DNA from: Ranitomeya imitator
Lineage: Eukaryota
Length of the DNA stretch: 64,000 nucleotides
NCBI RefSeq assembly: GCF_032444005.1
Contig: NC_091282.1
Location: forward strand, 780,332,001 to 780,396,000
Reading direction: 5' to 3'
Under the pieces are notes generated by a model. The model worked only from the letters and a program-made list of their open reading frames with translations. It was not told where the DNA came from and ran no database searches. The position numbers were made by a program, and so were the translations under genes. Shown in pieces: positions 50,501-62,897 of the stretch (position 1 is the stretch's first letter; every line of letters starts with the position of its first letter).

Positions 50501-51933
50501 ACCCATTAATGCAATGTGAACCTAGCCTAACTAAGGGGGTGATGAAGGGGGGTTTTATTTACTTTTATAGCGTTTTTTATATCGGATTTTTATGATTGGC
50601 AGCCGTCACACACTAAAAGACGCTTTTTATAGAAAAAAAGTTTTTGCGTCTCCACATTTTGAGACCTATAATTTTTCCATATTTTGGTCCACAGAGTCAT
50701 GTGAAGTCTTGTTTTTTGCGGGACGAACTGACGTTTTTATCGGTAATATTTTCGGACATGTGACAGGTTTTGATCGCTTTTTATTCCGATTTTTTGTGAG
50801 GCAGAATGACCAAAAACCAGCTATTCATGAATTTCTTTTGGGGGAGGCGTTTATACCGTTCCGCGTTTGGTAAAATTGATGAAGCAGTTTTATTCTTCGG
50901 GTCAGTACGATTACAGCGATACCTCATTTATATCATTTTTTTTATGTTTTGGCGCTTTTATACGATAAAAGCTATTTTATAGAAAAAATAATTATTTTGG
51001 CATCGCTTTATTCTGAGGACTATAACTTTTTTATTTTTTTGGTTATGATGCTATGTGGCAGCTCGTTTTTTGCGGGACAAGATGACGTTTCAGAGGTACC
51101 ATGGTTATTTATATCCGTCTTTTTGATCGCGTGTTATTCCACTTTTTGTTCAGCGTTATCATAATAAAGCGTTGTTTTTTGGCTCTTTTTTTTTTTTTTT
51201 TCCCTTACGGTGTTCACTGAAGGGGTTAACTAGTGGGCCAGTTTTATAGGTCGGGTCGTTACGGACGCGGCGATACTAAATATGTGTACTTTTATTGTTT
51301 TTTTTTTTTTTTTTTGATAAAGAAATGTATTTATGGGAATAATATTTTTTTTTTTCTTATTTATTTAGGAATTTTTTTTTTTTTTTACACGTGTGGAATT
51401 TTTTTTTTTAACTTTTTCACTTTGTCCCAGGGGGGGACATCACATATCACCGATCTGACAGTGTGCACAGCACTCTGTCAGATCGGTGATCTGACATACA
51501 GCCGGGCAGGATTAGAGCTGCAGCTGCAGCCTGATCCTGACCCGGAAGTGCTCCCTGCAGGATCCGGATGCAGCCCCGCGGCCATTTTGGATCCGGGGAC
51601 TGCAGGGAGAAGACGCTCGGTACACGGTGAGTACATCACCGTGTACCGATAGTCTCAGGGAGCCCCCTCCCTGCGCGATGCTTCCCTGCACCGCCGGCAC
51701 ACCGCGATCATCTTTGATCGCGGTGTGTCGGGGGTTAATGTGCCTGGAGCGGTCCGTGACCGCTCCTGGCACATAGTGCCGGATGTCAGCTGCGATAGGC
51801 AGCTGACACCCGGCCGCGATCGGCCGCGCTCCCCCCGTGAGCGCGGCCGATCGCATATGACGTACTATCCCGTCACTGGGAATTAAGTCCCAGGTCACCT
51901 GGACAGGATAGTACGTCATATGGGATTAAGGGG
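47554..51933 (+). mobile_element. Family B piggyBac-like element copy 2
   Basis: TTAA at 47550-47553 and 51934-51937. TIR CCCCTTAAGCCC / GGGATTAAGGGG. ~390-bp array at 48140-49980, telomere-like tract at 49988-50120, nested MITE at 50172-50527 (TAA TSD). Confidence 0.85.
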
Positions 51934-51937
51934 TTAA

Positions 51938-53981
51938 AGGGAAGGTGCCACCAGTTTTCTTGTATTTTGTTTTTTTGTGAAATTAAGCTTAAAATAGTAA
52001 TTAAAATGTATTAATGCAATGTTTGCACTGTTTGCAAACATTTCTATATGAAAAATATTATATTTACCACTAGGGGGAGCATTTTCCATTTTAGACCTCA
52101 AGCAGCTATAGTGAGATTTAGCAGCTCTGCCCAAGGGATATTAGACCACCCAAAAGGGGAGGGAAATGGTGATGTCAGCAGTTACTGCTCCAACAGTAAA
52201 GGTACCTTCACACATAACTATATCGTTAACGATATCGTTGCTTTTTGTGACGTAGCAACGATATCGTTAAGGAAATCGTTCTGTGTGACAGCGACCAACG
52301 ATCAGGCCCCTGCTGGGAGATCGTTGGTCACTGAACAAAGTCCAGAACTTTATTTCGTCGCTGGATCTCCCGTGGACATCGCTGGATCGGCGTGTGTGAC
52401 ACCGATCCAGCGATGTCTTCACTGGTAACCAGGGTAAACATCGGGTAACTAAGCGCAGGGCCGCGCTTAGTAACCCGATGTTTACCCTGGTTACCAGCGT
52501 AAAAGTAAAAAAAAACAAACACTACATACTTACCTACCGCTGTCTGTCCCCGGCGCTGTGCTCTGCTTCTCTGCACTCCTCCTGTACTGGCTGTGAGCGT
52601 CGGTCAGCTGGAAAGCAGAGCGGTGACGTCACCGCTCTGCTTTCCGGCCGCTGTGCTCACAGCCAGTACAGGAGGAGTGCAGAGAAGCTGAGCGCCGGGG
52701 ACAGACAGCGGTAGGTAAGTATGTAGTGTTTGTTTTTTTTTACTTTTACGCTGGTAACCAGGGTAAACATCGGGTTACTAAGCGCGACCCTGCGCTTAGT
52801 AACCCGATGTTTACCCTGGTTACCCGGGGACTTCGGGATCGTTGGTCGCTGGAGAGCTGTCTGTGTGACAGCTCTCCAGCGACGCTGCAGCGATCCGGAT
52901 CGTTGTCGGAATCGCTGCAGCGTCGCTTAATGTGAAGGGGCCTTAAGAATGAAGAGCAGCATCACAAGGCAGCACCATTTTGTGTGTGACTGCTCTGTGA
53001 CCTGCTACCACCAGCAGTTACTGCATCAGAGTGACAGCTCGTTTACAGAGGAGCAGAACACAGTGGGCTCAGCAGCATCTGGACCCAAGAAGAGTGTTGT
53101 ATGTAGCATGTATGTAGCATGCATGTATGTAGCATGTATGTAGCATGTATGGAGTATGTATGCAGCATGTATGTAGCATGTATGTAGCATGCATGTATGT
53201 AGCATATATGGAGTATGTATGCAGCATGCATGTAGCATGTATGTATGTAGCATGTATGTAGCATGCATGTATGTAGCATGCATGTATGTATGTAGCATGT
53301 ATGTAGCATGCATGTATGTAGCATGTATGTAGCATGCGTGTATGTAGCATGCATGTATGTATGTAGCACGCATGTATGTATGTAGCATGCATGTAGCATG
53401 TATGTATGTAGCATGTATGTATGTAGCACGTATATATGGAGTATGTATGGAGTATTTTTTTTTTTTTTCATTCAACACATTAGCCGGATGATGGGACTAT
53501 TACTGTCCCATAATTGGCTAATGTGTCAATCACTGTCATTGTAGCAGGCATCGTCCGATGGGACGTGTGCCAGAACCTGCAGTGCCTGGAGTACAGAGGA
53601 GCAGTCAGTGCTTCTGTCCTGCGATAGAGAGTAAGTGGAGCTCAACAAATAGCACTGGACTATAATAAAATGGCAGCTAGTCACACCTACAGCAGTGAGT
53701 TGTGCAGCCCACAGAGGCGTGCCCAGCTCACTGCTAATGCTGCTGCAATGTTACAGATAGGAGATAATAGACCGGCTCGGACCCTATGTCCATGGGGTGC
53801 CGTAATCTGAAACTGATAGTGCCCTGCTACTGCTGCAAAACTAAGATGTCAGCCCCCAGTTCCTTCTTTCTACTCATAACACACGGAATCTGTTTTACAT
53901 GCATTCAAATCTGGGTTATAACACCATGTTATGCTACATTACATTAATTAATTAATGATCTACAAACGCGGTACCTTCCCT
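51938..53981. mobile_element. Kolobok/T2-type non-autonomous element (~2 kb)
   Basis: TTAA on both sides. TIR AGGGAAGGTGCC / GGTACCTTCCCT. Contains a palindromic MITE at 52201-52942. Confidence 0.8.
53095..53455. repeat. Compound microsatellite built from TGTA / TGCA / TGTAGCA units
   Basis: atgtagcatgtatgtagcatgcatgtatgtagc... repeated over about 360 bp. Confidence 0.95.
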
Positions 53982-54085
53982 TTAAGCAACCAAAAATCCT
54001 GTTTTCTTTATCACCTCTCATTGGGGGACACAGGAACCATGGGACGTTCCAAAGCAGTCCCTAGGGCGGGAAAAACAGAGTTCCA

Positions 54086-55200
54086 TCAGGTCAGAGGACT
54101 CACCACTGCCGCCTGCAAGATCCTTCTGCCTAGGCTGGCGTCCGCCGAAGCGTAGGTATGGGCCTTGTAAAATTTGGCGAACGTGTGGATGGAAGACCAA
54201 GTTGCCGCTTTGCAAAGCTGTAGGGCGGAAGCCCTGTGGTGCACCGCCCAGGAGGCGCCGACTGCCCGGGTAGAGTGAGCCTTAATCCCAGGAGGGGGCA
54301 CTCTGTTCTTTACCCGGTAAGCCTCCAAAATTGCCATTCTGATCCAGCGAGCAATAGTCGCATTAGAAGCCGGTTGGCCTCTGCGCGTGCCATCAGGAAT
54401 GACGAAAAAGGAATCAGTCTTCCGGAAAGTGGACGTTCTATCCAGATAGATCCTCACTGCCCTGACGAGGTCCAGCTTGTTCAACGATCGCTCCAGAGGA
54501 TGAGTCGGAGCTGGACAAAAGGAAGGTGGAACTATGTCCTCGTTGAGGTGGAAGGTGGAAACCACCTTAGGAAGAAAGGAAGGTGGAGGCCGGAAGACCA
54601 CCATGTCCTGGTGAATGACCAAAAACGGAGGTCGGCAATACAGGGCCGCCAACTCTGAAACGCGGCGAATAGACGTGATGGCCACAAGAAAGGTCACCTT
54701 TCAAGATAGAACTGATAGAGGAATCTCCCTAAGAGGCTCAAAGGGAGAAACCCTCAGAACGTCCAGTACCAGGTATAAATCCCATGCATCCACAGGGGCC
54801 CTGTACGGCGTGACAGTGTGGGCTACTCCTTGAAGGAAGGTCTTAACCTGTGGCCGAGAAGCTAAAGTCTTCTGAAAGAGGATGGAAAGCGCAGAGACCT
54901 GGACCTTCAGGGAGCTAAGAGCCAGGCCCGAATCCAGTCCTGCCTGAAGGAAGGCCAAAAGAGAAGGCAGGGAAAAAGACATAGATGGAACGCGGTTGGA
55001 CTCGCACCAACGGAAGTAAGCCTTCCAGGTACGGTAGTAGATCCTGGAAGACGAAGGCTTCCGAGCCTGAATCATGGTGTGAATCACCCGGTCCGAAAGG
55101 CCGGACGCTCTTAAAACTGCGGTCTCAACGGCCACGCCGTTAAACTGAGCGACCAAGAATTCGGGTGGCAGATCGGACCCTGAGACAGCAAATCGGGCCT
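54086..55200 (-). pseudogene. DIRS tyrosine recombinase (one premature TGA near 54700)
   Basis: Motifs YYRTWKAYFRWC, LKVQVSALS, AITSIRRVSEL, HSTRAVGASWA and AATWSSIHTFAKFY. Confidence 0.9.
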
Positions 55201-57000
55201 GTCTGGAAGGCACCAGGGAGCGTCCGCGAGAAGGTTGACGAGCTCCGCGAACCAAGCTCTCCTGGGCCAATCCGGGGCGATCAGGATGACCGGCACCCCT
55301 TTCGCTTTGATCTTTTTCAACAGTTTGGGAAGCAATGGAAAGGGTGGGAACAGGTAAGGCAGCACGAACTGTGACCAAGGAATGGCCAGAGCGTCGACGC
55401 CCACTGTGAGAGGATCGCGAGACCTGGAGACGAACTGCGGAACCTTCCTGTTCAGTCGAGACGCCGTGAGATCCACGTCCGGAGTCCCCCATCGAAGACA
55501 AATCTGATGGAAGACCTCCGGATGTAAGGACCATTCCCCTGCCGCGAGGCCCTCACGGCTGAGGAAGTCGGCGGCCCAGTTGTCCACGCCGGGGATATGC
55601 ACCGCGGATATCACTGGAACCGTGGCCTCTGCCCAAAGGAGGATCTTGGATACTTCGGCAAGGGCCAAGGAGCTCCGGGCCCCCCCTGATGGTTGACATA
55701 TGCCACAGCCGTGTCGTTGTCCGTCTGGATCCGGACTGGCAGGCCCCTGAGAATCCTTTCCCAGTGGCGGAGGGACAGAAAGATGGCCCGAATTTCGAGG
55801 ACATTGATTGGCAGAGATGACTCCTGCGACGACCAACGGCCCTGAACCGTCAGGTGGCGAAAGACCGCACCCCAGCCGAGCAGGCTGGCGTCTGTCGTCA
55901 CCACTTGCCAGTGAACTGGAAGGAAGGACCTGCCCTGGGGGATGAGAGGTGACGTCAGCCACCAGTTGAGAGACCGTTTGACCCGAGAAGAGAGTCTGAT
56001 CGGCCGATCCAGGGAGAAGACAGACCTGTCCCACTGAGACAGAATGGCTTGCTGAAGGGGTCGCAAATTAAATTGGGCGAAGGGAATCGCTTCCAATGTA
56101 GCTACCATCCTCCCCAGAACCTTCATGGCCGATCGGAGGGAGGGAGGCCGAGGACCCTGGAGCAAGCGTATGTCCCGACAAAGAGGATCTCTTGTCTTTG
56201 GGAAGGAAGACTCTGGCCTGACGAGTGTAGAAAAGTATGCCCAGGAAGATGATGCGCTGAGAAGGAATAAGGCAGGACTTCTTCCGGTTGACCAGCCACC
56301 CGAAACTGGCCAAGGTGTCGAGAACAATGGACAGGCTTTAGTGAGCCTGAGAAAAGGATGGAGCCTTGATGAGGATGTCGTCGAGGTATGGAAATAGGAC
56401 CAGGCCTCTGACTCTCAAAATGGCCATCAGCGCCGCCATGATCTTCGTGAACACCCTTGGAGCGGTTGCGAGACCGAACGGCAGGGTGACGAACTGAAAA
56501 TATTCTCGTTGCACTGCAAAGCACAGGAAACGGTGATGTCCGGGAAATATCGGGACATGGAGGTAGGCGTCCTGGATATCTATTGAGCATAGAAATTCCT
56601 GGGCCTCCATGGAAGCAATTACTGAACGAAGGGATTCCATCCTGAAGTGTCTCAGACGAACTCTTCTGTTCAGCAATTTGAGGTCCAGAATGGGGCGAAC
56701 CTTGCCGTCTTTTTTCGGTAACACAAAAAGGTTCGAGTAGAAACCCGTGAACCGTTCTGTCTCTGGGACGGGAACGATTACCCCGGATTTGAGCAGAGAA
56801 GCGATGGCTGAAGAGAAGCCTGGAACTAGAGCGGGATCTCTTGGAGGACGGGATTGGAAGAAACGATCCCGGGGTCGGGAAGCGAACTCTATCTTGTATC
56901 CCGAGGATACAACTTCCTTGACCCATGCGTCCTCTACTGCGGAAATCCAGACGTCCCTGAAAAGGAGAAGACGGCCGCCCAACCTGGGAGTTGGGCTGGA
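55111..57000 (-). pseudogene. DIRS RT - RNase H - methyltransferase-like ORF (one premature stop, at least two frameshifts)
   Basis: RT motifs KKDGKVRPILDL, SIDIQDAYLHVP, LPFGLATAPRVFTK and YLDDILI. RNase H motifs TTDASLLGWGA, INVLEIRAI and TDNDTAVAY. MT-like motif YLFPPFPLL. Confidence 0.9.
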
Positions 57001-57214
57001 GTCTTGCCGAGAGTCATGCCGACGAGGCTTAGCCTGGGGGAGAAGAGAACTTGTACCCCCTGTGGCGTCCTTAATGATTTGGTCCAGCTGGGAACCAAAG
57101 AGACAAGAGCCCTGGAAGGGCAGACTAGTGAGGGACTTTTTGGAAGATAAGTCCGCCTGCCAGGCCTTGAGCCAAACGGTCTGGCGGATGGCAACGGCAT
57201 TGCTGGAAGCCTGA

Positions 57215-58274
57215 GCCGCACAAGACGCGACATCCAGGGAGGCAGAGACCAGGTATTCACCAGCCTGGGAAATCTGGTTGGCAAGTTCCGCTAGTTGCGC
57301 GGGAGGGGCCCCGTCCAGAGTGCCTCGACGTAGATCCATTTTGAGATGGATTTTGAGACCCAAGTGGAAGCAAAAGCTGGACATAGAGCCGCTGAAGCCG
57401 CTTCAAAAGCTGACTTCGCAAAAGATTCTATAACCCTATCGTTAGAATCCTTCAGAGATGCTCCGCCGGACAGTGGAAGCACCGTGTTGGTGGACAGCCT
57501 GGAAACAGGGGGATCCACTGAGGGAGAGACCGTCCAATTGGCGGTAAGTTCTGGAGAAAAAGGATATAACACCCCCAGGCGTTTTCCCCTCTGAAAACGT
57601 CTGGTCGGATTTTCTCTCTCTGGACAAGATTTCCTCGAATTCAGGATGAGGAGCAAAAAATTTAGAAGGTGGTTTGGCCCGTCTAAACGAAACCGCCTGA
57701 TCTGCGGGTTCCGTAGAGGGATCCTTTATGCCACAGGTTTGGTTTATTGCCCCAATGAGATTCTGGACCATATCCCTCATGGTGGCGATTTGGTTAGAAT
57801 CCAGCTCCAAAATATTCTCCGAGGGCGCATCAGAGAATGCCTCGCCTGACTGAGGGGAGGAGGATCGGGGGGACGCCGACCGCAGAGGAGGACCGTGTGG
57901 CGAGATGGAGCGAGAAGAGGACTCAGACCGACGTTCCTGTCTTGACCTTTTGTGGCTTATGAAGGAGGGTTCGGGCGGCGGTTCCTGCGACCCGCTGGCC
58001 ACTGCAGGGGTCACCGAACCAGGGTTCGAGACACCCGTGTTAAATCGGCCACCGATTGTGACAGAGAGGCCCAGCCTGGGATGGGGGTACCACTCTCGGG
58101 TGGAGCAGCCGGGGGATCCTGGGCGGTGGGAACAATCGGGTTGCTGCAGGACTGACAAAGCGGAGAGGACTGACCTGAGGGAAGTTTGCTGTTACGGGAC
58201 AAACATGCAAAGTACTTGACTAAGGCAGAAGATGAAGTAGGGGGACGAGAGCGGTCCCCTTTAGAGGTAGACAT
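57215..58274 (-). pseudogene. DIRS gag-like ORF1 (frameshifted)
   Basis: N-terminal Cys cluster (ACLSRNSKLP...LCQSC), a Ser/Pro-rich middle and PSVDPPVSRL / FAKSAFEAAS motifs, spread over several ORF-track frames. Boundaries approximate. Confidence 0.65.
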
Positions 58275-61200
58275 TTTGAGAGGTCCCTGAAGAAAATGCC
58301 AGTGGGTTAGGGGACAGTGGGGCAGAGGGGGGTGTCAGTCTGCAGTGCAGCTAATCACGGACCAGGTCCTGCGGGCACGCTGCGTGAGCTGAGAAGCGGT
58401 GAGCACACACAGACGCTGTCCCTGGAGGAAAAGGGCGGAGCCAGACACAGAGGCGCCGGTGAGCAGGGCACAGAATGTCGGGCGGGCTTTTTTTTTTTTT
58501 TTGTCGGGCGGGCCCGATAAAACAGGAAGTGGGTGGAGCGCGGCAACGGAAGTAAATTAGAAGCCGGTGACCGCTGAAATGTGTGCGGGCGCGAAGGAAA
58601 AAGTGCGGGCGTTCCGTCTGACAGGCGCGGCAGCCGCCGCATGTAAAGAGGAGCGCCGGTGCCGGAAGTAGGCCCCGGGAAGGGGCTCTGGAAGGCGAGT
58701 GGGTGGGGGACGGAGCCAGGACCGGACTTCTAAGCACGCTTGTGTGCTAGGCTCTTGGTCCTGGAGAGGGATCTATGAGGATACGGGGTGGCAATACACG
58801 CCGTACTCATAGTCCGCTTTGTGGGACTACAGGTGTGACTGTTCACCCTGTATCCCTCCGGAAAAACCTGAAAAGAAACGACGCACATTGAGGTAGATAA
58901 GGGTCTAATGAAAGACCCGTGTCCACCTCCTACTGACACTAAACTAAACTGAAGAGTATAATGCCAGTCGGTGGGGTGTACACTGCAGAGGAGCTAACTT
59001 TTTTATTTGCATAGTGTCAGCCTCCTAGTGGCAGCAGCATACACCCATGGTTCCTGTGTCCCCCAATGAGAGGCGATAAAGAAAACACGTAATTTTGGCG
59101 TTTCAATTTTTTTTCTCGCTACGCCGTTTAGCGATCAGGTTAATCATTTTTTTTTATTGATAGATCGGGCGATTCTGAAGACGGCGATACCAAATATGTG
59201 TAGGTTTGAGATTTTTTTTATTGATTTATTTTGAATGGGGCTAAAGGGGGGTGATTTATACTTTTATATTTTTTTTTTTACTTTTTTTTATTTTTTTTTT
59301 TTACTTTTGCCATGCTTCAATAGCCTCCATGGGACGCCACACAGCAGGCCGGCAAGGACCTCTATGGTTACAATGCAGAAACATCGCTGACTCCCAATTA
59401 TGTGATGGGGGTCGGCGATGCGCTCATTTCCGGCCGCCAGGCCGGAAGCGCCGGTTAAATGCCGCTGTCAGCGTTTGACAGCGGCAATTAACTAGTTAAT
59501 AGCGGTGGGTGAATCGCGATTTCACCCGCCGCTATTGCGGGCATGTCAGTTGTTCAAAACAGCTGACATGTCCCGGCTTTGATGCAGGCTCACCGCCGGA
59601 GCCCTGCATCAAAGCGTGGTATCTGACCTCGGACGTACTATCCCGTCCGAGGTCAGAAAGAGGTTAAGATTAGGGTTAGGGGTTGTGTTGGGGTTAGGCT
59701 TGTGGTTATGGTTGGGATTAGGGTTAGGGATGTGTTGGGGTAAAAGTTGGGATTATGGTTAGGGGTATGTTGGGGTTAGGGTTGTAATTAGGGTCACGGT
59801 TAGAGTTGGGATTAGGATTAGGGATGTGTTGGGGTTAGTGTTGGAGTTAGAATTGAGGGGTTTCCACTGTTTAGGCACATCAGGGGGTCTCCAAATGCGA
59901 CATGGCGCCACTATTGATTCCAGCCAATCTTGCATTCAAAAAGTCAACTGGTGCTCCCTCCCTTCCGAACCCCGACGTGTGCCAAAACAGTGGTTTACCC
60001 CCACATATGGGGGATCAGCATACCCAGGACAAACTGGACAACTTTTGGGGTCCAATTTCTCCTGTTACCCTTGTGAAAATAAAAAATTGTGGGCTAAAAA
60101 AAAAAAATCATATTTGAGGAAAGAAAAATGATTTTTTATTTTCACGGCTCTGCGTTATAAACTTCTGTGAAACATTTGGGGGTTCAAAGTGCTCACCACA
60201 CATCTAGATAAGTTCCTTGGGGGTCTAGTTTCCAAAATGGGGTCACTTGTGGGGGAGCTCCAATGTTTAGGCACACACGGCCTCTCCAACGCGACATGGT
60301 GTCCGCTAATGATTAGAGCTAATTTTTAATTCAAAAAGTCAAATTGTGCTCCTTCCCTTCCGAGCCTTGCCGTGTGCCCAAACAGTGGTTTACCCCCACA
60401 TGTGAGGTATCGGTGTACTCAGGAGAACATGCCCAACAAATTTTAGGATCCATTTTATCCTGTTGCCCATGTGAAAATGAAAAAATTGAGGCTAAAAACT
60501 TTAGTGAAAAAAAAAGTACTTTTTCATTTTTACGGATCAATTTGTGAAGCACCTGGGGGTTTATAGTGCTCACAATGCAGCTAGATAAGTTCCTTTGGGG
60601 GTATAGTTTCCAAAATGGGGTCACTTGTGGGAAAGCTCCAATCTTTAGGCACACAGGGGCTCTCCAAATGCGACATGGTGTCCGCTAAAGATTGGAGCCA
60701 ATTTTTCATTCAAAAAGTCAAATGGCGTTCCTTCCCTTCCGAGCCCTGTCGTGCGCCCAAACAGTTGTTTTCCCCCCCCCCCCACATTTGGGGTATCGGC
60801 TTACTCAGGACAAATTGGACCACAACTTTCGGGGTCCAGTTTCTCCTTTTACCCTTGGTAAAATAAAAAAAATTGTTGCTAAAAGATCATTTTTGTGACT
60901 AAAAAGTTAAATGTTCATTTTTTCCTTCCATGTTGCTTCCGCTGCTGTGAAACACTTGAAGGGTTAATAAACTTCTTGAATGTGGTTTTGGGCACCTTGA
61001 GGGGTGCAGTTTTTAGAATGGTGTCACTTATGGGTATTTTCAGCCATACAGACCCCTCAAACTGACTTCAAATTTGAGGTGTTCCATAAAAAAAATGGTT
61101 TTGGAAATTTGGCTGTGAAAATGAGAAATCGCTGGTCAAATTTTAACTCTTGTAACTTCCTAGCAAAAAAAAAAACTTTGTTTCCAAAATTGTGCTGATG

Positions 61201-62177
61201 TAAAGTAGACATGTGGATAATGTTATTTATTAACTATTGTGTGTCACATAACTCTCTGGTTTAACAGAATAAAAAGTGAAACTTTCAAAATTTTCGCCAA
61301 ATTTGTTTTTTTCACAAATAAACGCAAAAATTATCGATAAAAACGCAAGCAAAAAAACGCATACAAATGCATGCACACGCAGAGTTTTTTTTGTCGTCAT
61401 GCTTAAGCTGATGCGGATAAAAAAACGCTGCGTAAGCATGTGTTTGCACACGTTTTCACATGCAGAAGATACCCTGCGCACATATACGCAAATGTGAACT
61501 TACCATAAGTGAAGGAAGGCAACTGAAATTATTTGTGCCAAATGGATGAAAAAGCATCCTTGCCTTTTTTTTTTTTCTTTATCACGCCTTCTGGGGGGGT
61601 GGATTTGGATGCATATGGAACGTGCAGTGGACAATCCCCTTGAATTTGGGTCACAATTTGTAGTAGTTCAGGCCAAGAGCAGAGCAGCTAAATAGGGCAA
61701 ACAATTTAGAAAAACTCTAAATGTGTATGTATGATGATGGAGGATACTGCACTGGAAAGGGATTGTGGACCATTGATTGCAGGGTGCCCCGGGATTGCTG
61801 AATCTTACTAAGGGTTTGTTCAGACGTCTGATTTTTCACATATGGCAAAACTGCTCTGAGTTTCATCAGTGTTTGGTCAGGGTTCTCGTTTTAACTATTA
61901 GTTTAATTAGTGATTATCACATGAAAAAATAAATTGCAATTACATTACAATGTTGATCACGGACAGTACACGGATTGTACACAGACACCATCCAGTTGCA
62001 TTCTGTGATTTTCATGAACCCATTACTTATAGGGGTAATTTCGATCCATGACAACTCACAAGCACGGAAACACGAACAACGATTTACACTATAAATTTAA
62101 CATTATTTAGTGTGAACCCATGGATAGAAAACATGGCATAATGAGGCCTAAGACAGACTTTTACACATGAATCTTAA

Positions 62178-62897
62178 GGTACCATCACACTTAGCGACGC
62201 TGCAGCGATACCGACAACGATCCGGATCGCTGCAGCGTCGCTGTTTGGTCGCTGGAGAGCTGTCATACAGACCGCTCTCCAGCGACCAACGATGCCGGTA
62301 ACCAGGGTAAACATCGGGTAACTAAGCGCAGGGCCGCGCTTAGTAACCCGATGTTTACCCTGGTTACCATCCTAAAAGTAAAAAAAAACAAACACTACAT
62401 ACTTACCTACAGCCGTCTGTCCTCCAGCGCTGTGCTCTGCTCTCCTCCTGCACTGACTGAGCACAGCGGCCGGAAAGCAGAGCGGTGACGTCACCGCTCT
62501 GCTTTCCGGCTGACCGACGCTCACAGCCAGTGCAGGAGGAGAGCAGAGCACAGCGCTGGAGGACAGACGGCTGTAGGTAAGTATGTAGTGTTTGTTTTTT
62601 TTTACTTTTAGGATGTTAACCAGGGTAAACATCGGGTTACTAAGCACGGCCCTGCGCTTAGTTACCCGATGTTTACCCTGGTTACCAGTGAAGACATCGC
62701 TGGATCGGTGTCACACACGCCGATTCAGCGATGTCTGCGGGGAGTCCAGCGACCAAATAAAGTTCTGGACTTTCTTCCCCGACCAGCGACAGCACAGCAG
62801 CGACAGTTCGCTGCTGCCTGTCACACTGGACGACATCGCTAGCGAGGACGCTGCAACGTCACGGATCGCTAGCGATATCGTCTAGTGTGACGGTACC
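62178..62897. mobile_element. Palindromic Harbinger-like MITE (GGTACC family)
   Basis: TIR ggtaccatcacact / agtgtgacggtacc. Internal arms match 52201-52942. Confidence 0.8.

Larger units (their letters stand above)
47220..59085 (-). mobile_element. DIRS1-type tyrosine-recombinase retrotransposon, with a 6.4-kb insertion in its internal complementary region (ICR)
   Basis: Inverted terminal repeats at about 47260-47398 and 58946-59066. The ICR (47510-47553 + 53986-54048) reproduces both termini. Carries gag-like, RT/RNaseH, methyltransferase-like and YR ORFs. No TSD; inserted in an A/T run. Confidence 0.92.
46746..59663 (+). mobile_element. Family A piggyBac-like element copy 2, split by the DIRS (own sequence 46746-47220 and 59086-59663)
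   Basis: TTAA at 46742-46745 and 59664-59667. TIR CCCCTTCATGACC / GGTCAGAAAGAGG. The two halves rejoin to match the uninterrupted paralog near 39690. Confidence 0.82.
45973..61335 (-). mobile_element. Truncated family-B-related element (element C), the outermost layer of the nest
   Basis: 59668-61335 is the reverse complement of the left arm, ~390-bp units and telomere-like tract of family B. The TTAGGG-like tract resumes at 46265-46745 on the other side of the inserts. Confidence 0.7.
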
